Positions 50,366 through 62,660 of a DNA stretch of 64,000 bases are shown here, piece after piece. Both the position numbers and the translations under genes were made by a program. Positions within the stretch are counted from its first letter, which is position 1; each line of letters opens with the position of its first letter. The stretch comes from Stegostoma tigrinum (taxonomy: Eukaryota). The notes below the pieces were generated by a model that searched no databases, was not told where the DNA came from, and was given only the letters and a program-made list of their open reading frames with translations. The stretch lies in NCBI RefSeq assembly GCF_030684315.1, contig NC_081387.1:6180497-6244496 (forward strand), given 5' to 3'.

Positions 50366-51103
50366 TACTGCATCCACTGTACCCGGTGTGGCTTCCTCTA
50401 CATTGGGGATACCAAGCGGAGGCTTGGAGACCGCTTTGCAGAACACCTCCGCTCAGTTCGCAACAAACTACTGCACCTCCCAGTCGCAAACCATTTCCAC
50501 TCCCCCTCCCATTCTCTAGATGACATGTCCATCATGGGCCTCCTGCAGTGCCACAATGATGCCACCCGAAGGTTGCAGGAACAGCAACTCATATTCCGCC
50601 TGGGAACCCTGCAGCCATATGGTATCAATGTGGACTTCACCAGTTTCAAAATCTCCCCTTCCCCTACTGCATCCCTAAATCAGCCCAGTTCGTCCCCTCC
50701 CCCTACTGCACCACACAACCAGCCCAGCTCTTCCCCCCCACCCACTGCATCCCAAAACCAGTCCAACCTGTCTCTGCCTCCCTAACCGGTTCTTCCTCTC
50801 ACCCATCCCTTCCTCCCACCCCAAGCCGCACCCCCAGCTACCTACTAACCTCATCCCACCTCCTTGACCTGTCCGTCTTCCCTGGACTGACCTATCCCCT
50901 CCCTACCTCCCCACCTACACTCTCTCCACCTATCTTCTTTACTCTCCATCTTCGGTCCGCCTCCCCCTCTCTCCCTATTTATTCCAGTTCCCTCTCCCCA
51001 TCCCCCTCTCTGATGAAGGGTCTAGGCCCGAAACGTCACCTTTTGTGCTCCTGAGATGCTGCTTGGCCTGCTGTGTTCATCCAGCCTCACATTGTATTAT
51101 CTT
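50366..51103 (+). mobile_element. Penelope-like family A, 5'-truncated, 7-bp TSD
   Basis: AAACGTA at 50359-50365 and 51104-51110; GIY-YIG C-terminal half plus terminus. Confidence 0.9.
51010..51037 (+). ncRNA. Minimal hammerhead ribozyme core in PLE terminus
   Basis: CTGATGAAGGGTCTAGGCCCGAAACGTC, identical to 48874-48901. Confidence 0.75.
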
Positions 51104-51329
51104 AAACGTAAGAGGGCTTCTGATTTATTCCTCCTAATTACTTACATTTTATTTCCAAGAGATTGCAGTCATTTTAGCAATGGACGTGAAAGTAAGATCA
51201 GCGATTTCCGTCGTTACATGCCTTGCCTGATTTTGCTTTCATTTGATTCACATTTTCATTTGCAAAAGCTTGTGACTAGAACCTGGTTTGCTCTAAATTG
51301 CTCATCTTCACAACATTGGAGGTATAAGG

Positions 51330-54300
51330 CTCTTACGAAGATTTGTAGCTTCCGGTTGTGGACGAGGACGTTGATTTGCTCGCCCAACTGGCTGGTTATC
51401 CTACAGCGTATCCTAGACACAAGAGCCATTCTTCTTCGCTTCAATGAGAAAAGCCCGAGCTTCCACATCCTTTCCTCATAAGAACCTGTCCTCTGCTCCA
51501 GGGACAGCATCCTGGATCTGGGGTCTAATTCCACATGCTTGTCCATTCCATAACTGGTTGAAAACCAGGCCTGGAGGAATTCCCATGCTGTGAGTGGTTG
51601 GCCTGAGCTAGGAAACTCAGTTGTCCCAGTTAAATTAAAGACCTTTATAGAGGGCACTGAGATGAGGGAAAGCTCATGGTGTCACTTTACAGCTCGCTGG
51701 TGTTGTGTATCTTGAGGGCTAGTTTCCTTCCGGTCAGGGCAATGTAATGTTTGTTGCAATCATTGCAAAGTATTTTGTTGGTCTTGCATGTCATGGGTAT
51801 GGAGCCTTTGGTCCTCGTGAGTGTTTGTCATAGTGTGTCTGTGGGCCTGTGTGCTCCCGTAATTCCAAGTGGTTGTAGGAGTCTCGTCAGTTCTGATATG
51901 TTCTTGATATCTGGTAGTGTGGCCAGTGTCTCGGGGCCTGCTGTATCCTTTTGGCATTCTCTATCTAGTAGGCACCTGCAGCTGAATTTATTGGAATATC
52001 TGTTGTTATTAAGTACCTCGTGTATGTTCTCTTCCTCCTTCTTGTGTAGTTCTGTCGTGTTGCAGTGTGTTGTGGCTTGTCTGAATACTATCCTAACACA
52101 AAATATGTTTGTGGATATTGAGGTGATTGCTGTGGAAATTCAGGATTTGGTCACTGTAGGTTGCCGTCCTGCATACTGTGGTTTGGAACTCACCTCTGGT
52201 CATTCTTTCTACCCCGATATAGATCATAGAACATGGAACAGTTCAGTGCAGTGCAGGCACTTCAGCCCATGGTGTTGTGCCGGCCTATTATCCAACCCTA
52301 AGATCAAGCTACCCCGCATACCTTTCATATTATTATCAACCATGTGCCTATCCAAGAGTCGCTTAAATGCACCTAATGTATATGCCTCTACTACCACCAC
52401 TGGCAATGCATTCCATGCATCCATCACTCACTTTGCACCATGACTTCTGGTTGCTCACACTCCCCCTTATAAACCCTGTAGAGTCAATCTGAGACCTCCC
52501 TGACCCTGGCACCTGCCAGCAAACACACCATCCAGGAGCCTTGTTCATGAACACAGAATTTCCTGTCTGTTTCCCTCACCATTGAATCGTCTATCACTAT
52601 CACTCTCCTATTCTCTCCCATTCCCTTCTGAGCCACAGAGCCAGGCTCCATGCCAGAAACCTAGCCACAATGGCATTCCCCTGGTAGGTTGACCCCCCAA
52701 CCATATCTAAAGTGGTATACTTATTATTGTGGGGATTGGCTGTAGGGGTATCCTGCACTGTCTGCCTATTCCCTTTCCCTTTCCTGATGGTCACCCTCCT
52801 ACTTTTCTCATGTAACTTATCCTGTGAGTACCTCTCTAAAACTCCTTTCTATCACCCCCTCAGCCTCCTGAATGGTCCGGAGTTCATCCAGCTCCAGCTC
52901 CAGTTCCCTAACGTGGTCTGTGAGGAGCTGGAGTTGGGTTCACTTCTCGCAGGTGAAGTCAGAGGAGACACCTGCAATGACCCTTTTCTCCCACAGCCTA
53001 CAAGAGGAGCATACAAATGCCTGAGCTTCCATGCCCTCTGCTCTAAATTGCCAAAAGAAATAAAGAAAAAAGGAAACAAAAGAAGAAAAGCCATCACCTT
53101 ACTGACTCTCCACACAGAGTCATTCTGTCTCGTTAGAGGTGGAGGATGAGTGGGTGACACTACACGTGTAGTGTTTCGGGTTTAGCCACTGCCCCAACAT
53201 ATCAGTTTATTTACCCAGCAGTCCCCATGTCTGCATTTGCTCCTGCTCAGCCTTTGCTCCGACTATTCATGAGGCAAGTATTGTCTACACAAATTTACCT
53301 TCGCAGCTGCCCCAGCTCATGCTCTGATGACTCCAGCCACTGAAATAGAGAAATAGACATTGAGGAATGGAAGTTGATTGTTATCTTCCTCTTCTCTTGT
53401 AAACTTGATCACGGTGGCAGCGTTGTTGATGAGATGGTGAGTTTCTTCTAACTAGGTGCGTTTAATGATGAAAAATGTATCGTCCACATTTTGGATCCAC
53501 AGGTTTGGCTGCACGAGGTGGAGGAGAGTGTGTTCCAGTCTTTGCATGACTGTCTCTACAATAAGCCCTGAATTGAGTGACCCCATATGTGTGTCATTGG
53601 TTTGTTTGTATATTTGGCCATTAAGTATGAAGTGTGTGGTGAGGCATAGGTCCAGAAAAGTGAGTATGTTGTCCTTGCTGATGGAGCTGTTTGAAATCAT
53701 TTTTTCTGCGAAATCCAGTAATGTGGCACATGCTTCTTTGGCTAGTGGTATCTTAATGGATGTGGATAGCACTGTGATGTCAAACAATACCATAATCTTA
53801 TCTTCATTGATTTTAATGTTCTTGAGCTTGTTAAGGAATTCCTACGTGAAGTGCATGGAGTGGGGTAATCTGTCAATCAGGTGTTTCAATCTCTGTTGCA
53901 GGCCCTTGGCCAGTTTGTGTGTAGATTTGCCTGGTGGGAAACAATGGGTCTGAGAGGCACATCTGGTTTAGAACATAGAACATAGAACATAGAACAGTAC
54001 AGCACAGAACAGGCCCTTCAGCCCACAATGTTGTGCCGACCATTGATCCTCATGGATGCACCCTCAAATTTCTGTGACCATATGCATGTCCAGCAGTCTC
54101 TTAAATGACCCCAATGACCTTGCTTCCACAACTGCTGCTGGCAACGCATTCCATGCTCTCACAACTCTCTGCGTAAAGAACCTGCCTCTGACATCCCCTC
54201 TATACTTTCCACCAACCAGCTTAAAACTATGACCCCTCGTGCTAGCCATTTCTGCCCTGGGAAATAGTCTCTGGCTATCGACTCTATCTATGCCTCTCAT

Positions 54301-55730
54301 TATCTTGTATACCTCAATTAGGTCCCCTCTCCTCCTCCTTTTCTCCAATGAAAAGAGACCGAGCTCAGTCAACCTCTCTTCATAAGATAAGCCCTCCAGT
54401 CCAGGCAGCATCCTGGTAAACCTCCTCTGAACCCTCTCCAAAGCATCCACATCTTTCCTATAATAGGGCGCCCAGAACTGGACGCAGTATTCCAAGTGCG
54501 GTCTAACCAAAGTTTTATAGAGCTGCAACAAGATCTCACGACTCTTAAACTCAATCCCCCTGTTAATGAAAGCCAAAACACCATATGCTTTCTTAACAAC
54601 CCTGTCCACTTGGGTGGCCATTTTAAGGGATCTATGTATCTGCACACCAAGATCCCTCTGTTCCTCCACGCTGCCAAGAATCCTATCCTTAATCCTGTAC
54701 TCAGCTTTCAAATTCGACCTTCCAAAATGCATCACCTCGCATTTATCCAGGTTGAACTCCATCTGCCACCTCTCAGCCCATCTCTGCATCCTGTCAATGT
54801 CCCGCTGCAGCCTACAACAGCCCTCTACACTGTCAACGACACCTCCGACCTTTGTGTCGTCTGCAAACTTGCTGACCCATCCTTCAATTCCCTCGTCCAA
54901 GTCATTAATAAAAATTACAAACAGTAGAGGCCCAAGGACAGAGCCCTGTGGAACCCCACTCACCACTGACTTCCAGGCAGAATATTTTCCTTCTACTACC
55001 ACTCGCTGTCTTCTGTTGGCCAGCCAATTCTGTATCCAAGCAGCTAAGTTCCCCTGTATCCCATTCCTCCTGACCTTCTGAATGAGCCTTCCATGGGGAA
55101 CCTTATCAAATGCCTTACTGAAGTCCATATACACCACATCCACAGCTTGACCCTCATCAACCTTACTAGTCACATCCTCAAAAAACTCGATAAGGTTTGT
55201 AAGGCATGACCTACCCCTCACAAAGCCGTGTTGACTGTATTTGATCAAGCCATGCTCTTCCAGATGGTCATAAATCTTATCCCTCAGAATCCTTTCTAAC
55301 ACCTTGCAGACGACAGACGTGAGACTTACCGGTCTATAATTGCCGGGGATTTCCCTATTTCCTTTCTTGAAGAGAGGAATTACATTTGCCTCTCTCCAGT
55401 CCTCAGGTACGACTCCAGTGGAGAGCGAGGATGCAAAGATCTTCGCAAGTGGCGAAGCAATTGCATTTCTCGCTTCCCAAAGCAGCCGAGGACAAATCTG
55501 ATCCGGGCCTGGCGACTTGTCAATCTTAATGTTTGACATGTTTGTGTACTTTGGATCAACCATAGAAATGCGTACTGTTCAAACCTTATGGTTTCACTTC
55601 CATGTAGTCCGCCTTGGTTTTTTCTCCTGCATTTTTTAGTCTCTTCAGTGTTTGGGTGACTGTTCTTACCAGCTGTGGTGTTTGGTCTATCTCCACTGTT
55701 GGTAAGTGTGTAGCTGCATCGGGTAGCATG
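51330..55730 (-). mobile_element. Penelope-like family B host element, split by nested CR1 insertions (52225-53340 and 53970-55539)
   Basis: RT pieces 'VLFDITVLSTSI...MGS...NVDDTF' (53452-53793); KVHK|PDVPLRP motif split by the CR1; endonuclease region 51500-52200. Confidence 0.8.
53970..55539 (-). mobile_element. Young 5'-truncated CR1 LINE with uninterrupted RT reading frame
   Basis: About 490 aa open frame (54064-55539), (AGAACAT)n tail, GTTT duplication at 53966-53969 and 55540-55543. Confidence 0.95.
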
Positions 55731-56620
55731 AATGACCAATGGGGAGTTCCAAACCACGGTAGATAGGAAGGCAACCCACACTGACTGAATCCTCAATTTC
55801 CACAGCAATCATCCCAACATCCGCAAACAAAATTCTGTGAGGATACTATTTAAACGAGCCACAACACAATGCAACAGGCCAGAACTGCACATGGAGGAAG
55901 ATCACCTATATATGATATTCAGTCACAACAGATATCCCAACAAATTCATCTGCAGATGCCTACTAGATAGAGAATGCCAAAAGGACACAGTATGCCTCAA
56001 CACATTGACCACACTATGCCATATCAAGAATAGATCAGAACTGACAGCGAGACTCCTGTGATCACTAGAAATCACGGTAGTAAACAAATCCACAGTCACG
56101 CTACAACAAACAAACAAGGACTAAAGACCCCAAACCCATGACATGCAAAACCAACATAGTTTGCAAAGTACCTTGCAATGACTGCAACAAACATTACATC
56201 AGCCAGACTGAAAGGAAAATGGCCATTAGGATACGCAAACACCAACTAGCAGCAAAATGGTACAACAAAATTTCCCTCTTCTCAGTGAATTTGGACAATG
56301 AAAGCCATCAACTAAATTGGGGCAACATGACCATCTTAGCTCGAGCCAACGACAGACATACATGGGAATTCCTAGAGGCCTAGTGTTCAACCCATAATGC
56401 AATCAACAAACTTGGGGAATTAGACCCTAAATACAAACCATCAAAAAAGAACCAGGAATGACACAACACAAATTAACAATCCAGATCATGTAAGTTCCAA
56501 GCAGATTTGAATGACATCGCTTCATTGGAGGCTAAGCTGATGATGTAACCTCGTATGGTGATGAAATGTCTGAATGATTACCAGCCAGCTTGACAAGCAA
56601 GCCAACAACATCAACACTGG
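55730..56620 (+). mobile_element. Penelope-like family B, 3' part (GIY-YIG) with degenerate hammerhead core at 56537-56570
   Basis: KTNIVCKVPCNDCNKHYISQTERKMAIRIRKHQ; CTGATGA...GAAATGTC. Confidence 0.85.
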
Positions 56621-57715
56621 AGCTTTCAGACTGGAAAATGTCCAGTCCAATAGTGAATTTCTGAAGAGCAAAAACAAAATAAGTGATTGTTGCTAATAAA
56701 AGCTGCAGTCCATCAAAGGAATGAAATCAATCAGCAACGTAACTGCAAACTTCCGGAGTCACCAGCCAAACTGCCGTGTCTTTCTCCCTCTGTACTGCAG
56801 ATTTTCTATGTTTCTACAATGAAGCTGAGTCACAAGGAATCACCTTGTGAATTGTACGGCTGTGGTGACAGATGGAATTAGATGTTTGCTAAATGCTGCA
56901 GGTAGATGTTTTAAAGCTGGAAGTGAGTGATAGTGTGAAATAGCAAACTTGTCAGTATTCATCATCCTTGGTCTCAAAGCTTGCATTTTTTTTAATGGGA
57001 CGTGGGCATTGCTCGCCAGGACAGCAGTAATTGCTGAACTCTAATTAACTTGCAGAAGGTAGTTATGAGCTGCCGCCCTGGACTAATGCCGTCCTTGGTG
57101 TGTGGGGTACCCACAGTGTTGATAGCAAGCAAGCTTCGCAATTTTGGTTCTTAAACAGCGAAGGAATTTATAGAGTTACATGTCAGTTGTGGGGAACACT
57201 CTTGGAGGAAAATTTGTCAAGCTGGCTGTACCATGCATTTGCTTTTCTTGCCCCTCTACTCAGTAGAAATCGTTAGATTGGATTCAGCCTGAATGGGTTT
57301 CTACAGTGCATCATGCAGATGGTGAAAACTGCTACCACTGCACCTATGTGATGAAGGAAGTGGATGTTGAAAGTGGCACATGGGATTCCATTCAAATGAA
57401 TGACTTTAATCTGGTCGGTGTCCAGCCTCCTGAGTTGTGTTTGAGCTCCCTTCATTCATGGAAGTGGAGAGTATTCCAGCACTTCATGAATTCTGCCCAT
57501 GGACTGGAGACGGGCATCACCAAGACCAGAATTGAAATAAATGTCTCAGGATTGCCATTCTGTGGACAGTTATACCCATATACCTCAATTTGCACCATTG
57601 CCCAAAGGAGAGGACACTTCTCAGATTTAACCCATGAAGATAAACTTTACTGATTGCACCAGTTGCCAGAGCTATCACTGTTCTCCTTTTTAGAAACTAG
57701 TTCACTGCATGTGTG

Positions 57716-58067
57716 AGAAGTTTGTCCAGAGGGAGGAGGGTAACTTCTTCAGGTTAGGCATCCCTGGAAGAGGCTTTGCAGTGGGGTTAAAATTGTATCA
57801 GAGATAATGGGAACTGCAGATGCTGGAGCATCCTAGATAACAAAGTGTGGAGCTGGAGGAACACAGCAGGCCAAGCAGCATCTCAGGAGCACAAAAGCTG
57901 ACGTTTTGGGCCTAGACCTTTAATCAGATATGCTTTTCTGATGAAGGGTCTAGGCCCAAAACATCAGCTTTTGTGCTGCTAAGATCCTGCTTGGCCTGCT
58001 GTGTTCATCCAGCTCCACACTTTGTTATCTTGGATTCTCCAGCATCTGCAGTTCCCATTATTTCTCA
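57716..58067. mobile_element. Inverted Penelope terminal-repeat pair with 13-bp TSD
   Basis: CACTGCATGT(G/A)TG at 57703-57715 and 58068-58080; arms 57800-57927 and 57938-58066 are reverse complements. Confidence 0.85.
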
Positions 58068-59648
58068 CACTGCATGTATGCGTTGCTGACATGTGGCAAC
58101 AGTTATGGTCCATTCCTAAGTTAGGGTAGTTAAGTATTGACCAAATTGCTATAGGTCTGGAATTACATGTATGCCAGATCATGTAAGGTTAACTGCATGA
58201 CAAAAGTCATCTGCGTACACCAATTGACAGTGGTTACATTAACATAGTTTTTTATTGAATTAAAATTTTTCCATCTGCCATGATGTGATTAAAGCTCATG
58301 TCCATAGAATTTTTGCATAGGTTTCCAGTTGCTCATTCAGAGACACTACACTCTACCACTTATTTCCCACAATAGTCATCTGCATGAACGTAAAATTGTG
58401 ATGGTATGTGTAGCTTGACCGAAAATGAAACTGCAGTTCTGGAGAAACACTTATTGACTGATCCACCTGGTAATCATGAATTTTTAACATGCTATTAAGA
58501 AAATTTTAATCCTGTCCACACTGGTATTACAGCACCATCGAGCATATCTTTCACCAAAATTATAGTTCTTGTTTGATTTTAGGGGTAGATTAGAAGAAAA
58601 CAGATTGATTGCAAATTTTGAAGCATTTTCCGTTATATCTTGTTGACTTAAACCTTTGACCTGGAGGAAAAGTTTGAAATTTTGCAATGATCGCAACATG
58701 TAGGAGGAGCAAACAGTGAGAATGTTGAGAATTGCCTGGAACAGGGTACAGGCAATAGAACCCATTGATAAGTTGTCTATGGAAGTCAATGTAAAAGAGT
58801 TTCTGGCAATATACTTTGAGCTAAAAAAAAAGTGAGATGATATAGATGTGATACCACAATTCGGAGGGAACTGGCAGATGGGAAGACAAATAGCAGATGT
58901 CACAAATTCACTCAACAGCCCATAAAATGGGTGGGAAGTTGCCCTTCTGTGGCAAAGTAACTGTGATTCGAAAATTCTGTTATGATTAATTGGAAAAAGA
59001 AAAACAAGCAAAAACTCTTGCCATGAATTGATAAGCACTAATGGACACAGATTTAGGATCTTAGACAAGAAATAGAGTTTTTTCTAAGGTAGTGATTTGT
59101 AATTCTCTGATGGGATGGCGGTAGAAATAATCAATGCTTTCTAGAGAAGATTGAATAGACAGTTGAATTAAACAACCTCACAGGCATACTAAGACTGAGC
59201 AGCAGAACAGGAATTAATAGATTGTTCCATGAAGAGCTGAATGAACTCCATCTGTGCCATAAGTGACCATGATTCTATGAATGCTAGTTTTCACAAGGAA
59301 CAGAGAAATTATTTTGTGCTGTTTATGGTAACATTGAGAAAATTGTAAATGATGCACTAAATCTGTAAATGTGCTGCAATAAATCCCTAACTTCATTGCT
59401 TGCCTCTAAAGTTGTATGAACAACAAATTAGAAACTTTAATGAGGTGTTCTGAAATTGGTGCTTAGGTCTCTAATTTGTTGCTTGATTCGTTTTGACAAT
59501 AAATTATATTTTGCTGATATGCATCCTCAGAATTATTAAAATTATTTGGATGAGGGCAAAAAGAAAGCATTGATCATTGTCATTTCTTTTGCTCAAATTT
59601 CTTTTTAATCTACTGTACCGATCTATTTCATTTCTTCTCCATATACAG

Positions 59649-60575
59649 CTAGTTTGGTAACAATTTTGATTCTCTCCCATGGAAAATGTGGCCTCTCTAA
59701 ATGCATCATAATTTATCTGGTATTCGTGGCAGCAGCAGATCTACTGGTCCTCCTATTTGATGTGGTTCTCTATGAGATGAATGAATTTTATTTCCCAGAT
59801 TCCTCCTTGGACTATACCCATGTGCAGTCTGAATTTCTTCCCAATTTTTGCTTTTATTGAATGCTCTGTCTGGTTGACTGTAGCTTTCACCTTTGACAGA
59901 TTTGTTGCTATTTGTTGCCAAAAAGCAAGAACACAATATTGCACTGAAAAGACTGCCGCAATAGTTGTCACCATGATATGGGTGCTGAGCATCCTGGGAA
60001 ACATATCAAATTACTTTATGTTTGAACCTCGCATAATAATTGATAATATATCATGGTTCTGCAATATAAAATTAAGCTTCTACACTGTTCCTCTGTGGGT
60101 TACATTCTTATGGATTGAGATAGCTTTCATGCCTTTTATTCCTTTTCTCTTGATCCTTATATTCAATGGCCTGACCATCAGGCATATTCTACTGACAAGC
60201 AGGATCAGGAAGGGTCTCTGGGGTAGTGACAAAGACCCTGAAATGGAAAACCGAAGGAAATCCATCATTTTACGACTGGCCATATCTGGTAGCTTCATAC
60301 TGCTGTGGATAGTCACATTTACTCATTATATATGTGTACAAATTATGGATGTTGAATACTTCCACCCAGATTACAGTAATCCTTTGACCATTATGGAGCA
60401 AACAGGATACATGCTGCAACACTTGAGTTCCTGCACAAACATCATTATTTATGCAGTTTCCCAGATGAAATTCAGAGAGCAGTTAAAAAATCTACTCAAG
60501 TGTCCATTGAGTCTGGTCACTATCTTAGGTCAGGACCCATTAAAGCCCAATTTTTGTGTTCTGACCTCTAAATGA
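59649..60575 (+). pseudogene. GPR139/GPR142-like class A GPCR, exon 2, one frameshift near 59818
   Basis: acag| acceptor; GKCGLSKC, AAADLLV, SVWLTVAFTFDRFVAICC, DPEMENRRKS, SSCTNIIIYAV motifs split over ORFs 59654..59860 and 59781..60575. Confidence 0.85.
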
Positions 60576-62259
60576 ATAGCTCCCACAATAGCTGCGCAAA
60601 ATAGGTGTGAGTAGATAAAACCTGTTAAATGCTGCAAATAGCATTTTTTTCCAGAGTTCAATGAAAATTAACATTGAGTGGGATACGTGATGGGAGTTAA
60701 TAAGGTCTAATGTGGTACGGTACTTTTTCTACTATGTGTGGAGATTAATTGCTTTTGTAAGGTGTAACAGAAGTCTCTGACAGAGGCAAAATCCACGTAC
60801 CAAAGGTTTGCAGTCATCTCTTGCCACTGTTAAAACTTCCCTCTAAAATATTCTGAAAATACCTTTACAGTTTGTGCGATTTTCTGGAGATGCACTTCAC
60901 TTAATGCTGACAGGTAAAGATTACACACCAGTTGGACCAGGTCTTTTAGTTTTATTCCCATTTAGAATGATCCTGTTAACAGCAGACATGCTACATCAAC
61001 ATCAATCTCTTCACTTATAGAGGGAAGTATCATCGTTGGGTTTTCCTCGCCAATGTTGCATGGATACAATAGGTGAGTAGTAACTTTTGATAAAGTTTGT
61101 GATGCTCAGTTGTGCACCCACTGGTTGAACAGAACTTCTATACCCATTACCTAATCCGACAAGTGCAGGTCCTCAACCTGAGGCCAACATCCAGTACATC
61201 TCTGGGATGTAGGAATAATATTGACCGCACATGCTTTTGAATTCATTGCTGCCATTATGTAATATATAGAATCAGTTTATGCAATTATAGATCAAACATG
61301 GCATTACTCATTCCAAAGTTGAGCAAATAATTAATGTTTTAGTAAAATTATTAGAAAAAACATGTTCAATGATTATGCAATTAAAACAGCTACAGTTACA
61401 AAGAAATTATTAATTTCAGTCTGTCTTTGCTGCCAATTCACCTCAAGCATTTCACCATCTCAGGCCCTGGTTAAATAACATTGTAACCTAGAGAACGGAA
61501 AATAAATGTTAGAAAATCCAGAAAAAAACAATGAGGAGCATAGTGTAGTTAATGAGACAATGTATTCATTCTCTTTTCACAGTGGTTCCCCACACCTTAG
61601 TAACAAGAGTGCGATTTTTATAAGACCATTTCCCAACACCTCAACATCCGCCAAAGTTACATTTTCACAACTTTCATATTCTTATTTGGTCTCATGCATC
61701 TTTGGGAGAGTGAGCCAGTCACAGTCATTGACAGGACATCGGAGATCAAAAACTGCAAACACTGCTTAAAAGTAATTTGAATGATACATCATTTGTGAAT
61801 ATTTGACTACAACCTGTCACTTCCTACCAGTGATGTCTTTGAATTCCAGTAAAGAGAGTCCAGTATTGTAATTATTGCAGGGAAATGCATTCATAGAAAA
61901 ATTCTCGGTGGGGAGAAGACTGCCCCAGGCAACTCTGCAACACGAGAGTACGCTGGCGGTAGCTCTTGGGCTGAGAAGTTAAAAGCTGAGGGAGTATGAA
62001 GCAGAGGGATGCAACTCATGGCCATCCAGTCAATCCTGTAGGAATCCCCTGGCCTGAGGTCTGAAGAAATCAGAATACAAATTTACTGTGGCTCCTCAGA
62101 GCAGAGGCCAAGAGCAGTGACTCCATGGGAATCACCAAGTTGCCAAGAATACGGTGTTGACAAAGTAGATCAAAGTGGTTCACGCTTTCAAATGCAAAAA
62201 ATGATTTTCAAGGATATAACTGAGACTGGAACATTTAATGGTGATGGGAGGTTCAAATA

Positions 62260-62660
62260 GGCTGGGACATTTTTCCCCCCCGAGAGAGAGGTGTGACCTT
62301 ATAGAGGTTTATAAAATCATGAGGAACACTGATAAGGTAATTAGCAAAAGGCCTTTTACCCCAGGGTAGGGGAGTCTAAAACTAGAGGACATAGGTTTAA
62401 GTTGAGAGGGCGAGAGATTTAAAAGGTTCTGACGCACAACCTGTTCTGCACAGAGGGTGATTCGTATGTTGAACAAGCTGCCAAAGGAAATGGTAAATGT
62501 GGTTACAATTAAAATGACATTTAAACAGGTACATGGATAGGAAAGATTTTGAGAGATATGGGCCAAACACAGGCAAACGGGGCTAGTTCAGTTTGGGAAA
62601 GCTGGTCAGCATGGATAAGTTGGGCCAGAAGGGCCTGTTTCCATGCTGTATGACTATGAA
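62260..62660 (+). mobile_element. CR1 LINE 3' fragment
   Basis: GTGACCTTATAGAGGTTTATAAAATCATGAG...AAGGGCCTGTTTCCATGCTGTATGACTATG. Confidence 0.8.

Noticed and set aside
51751-52443. 230-aa hydrophobic + strand ORF
   Set aside because: Antisense to Penelope family B and CR1 fragments
58484-59068. 194-aa - strand ORF
   Set aside because: No recognisable domain or splice context; lies antisense within the GPCR intron
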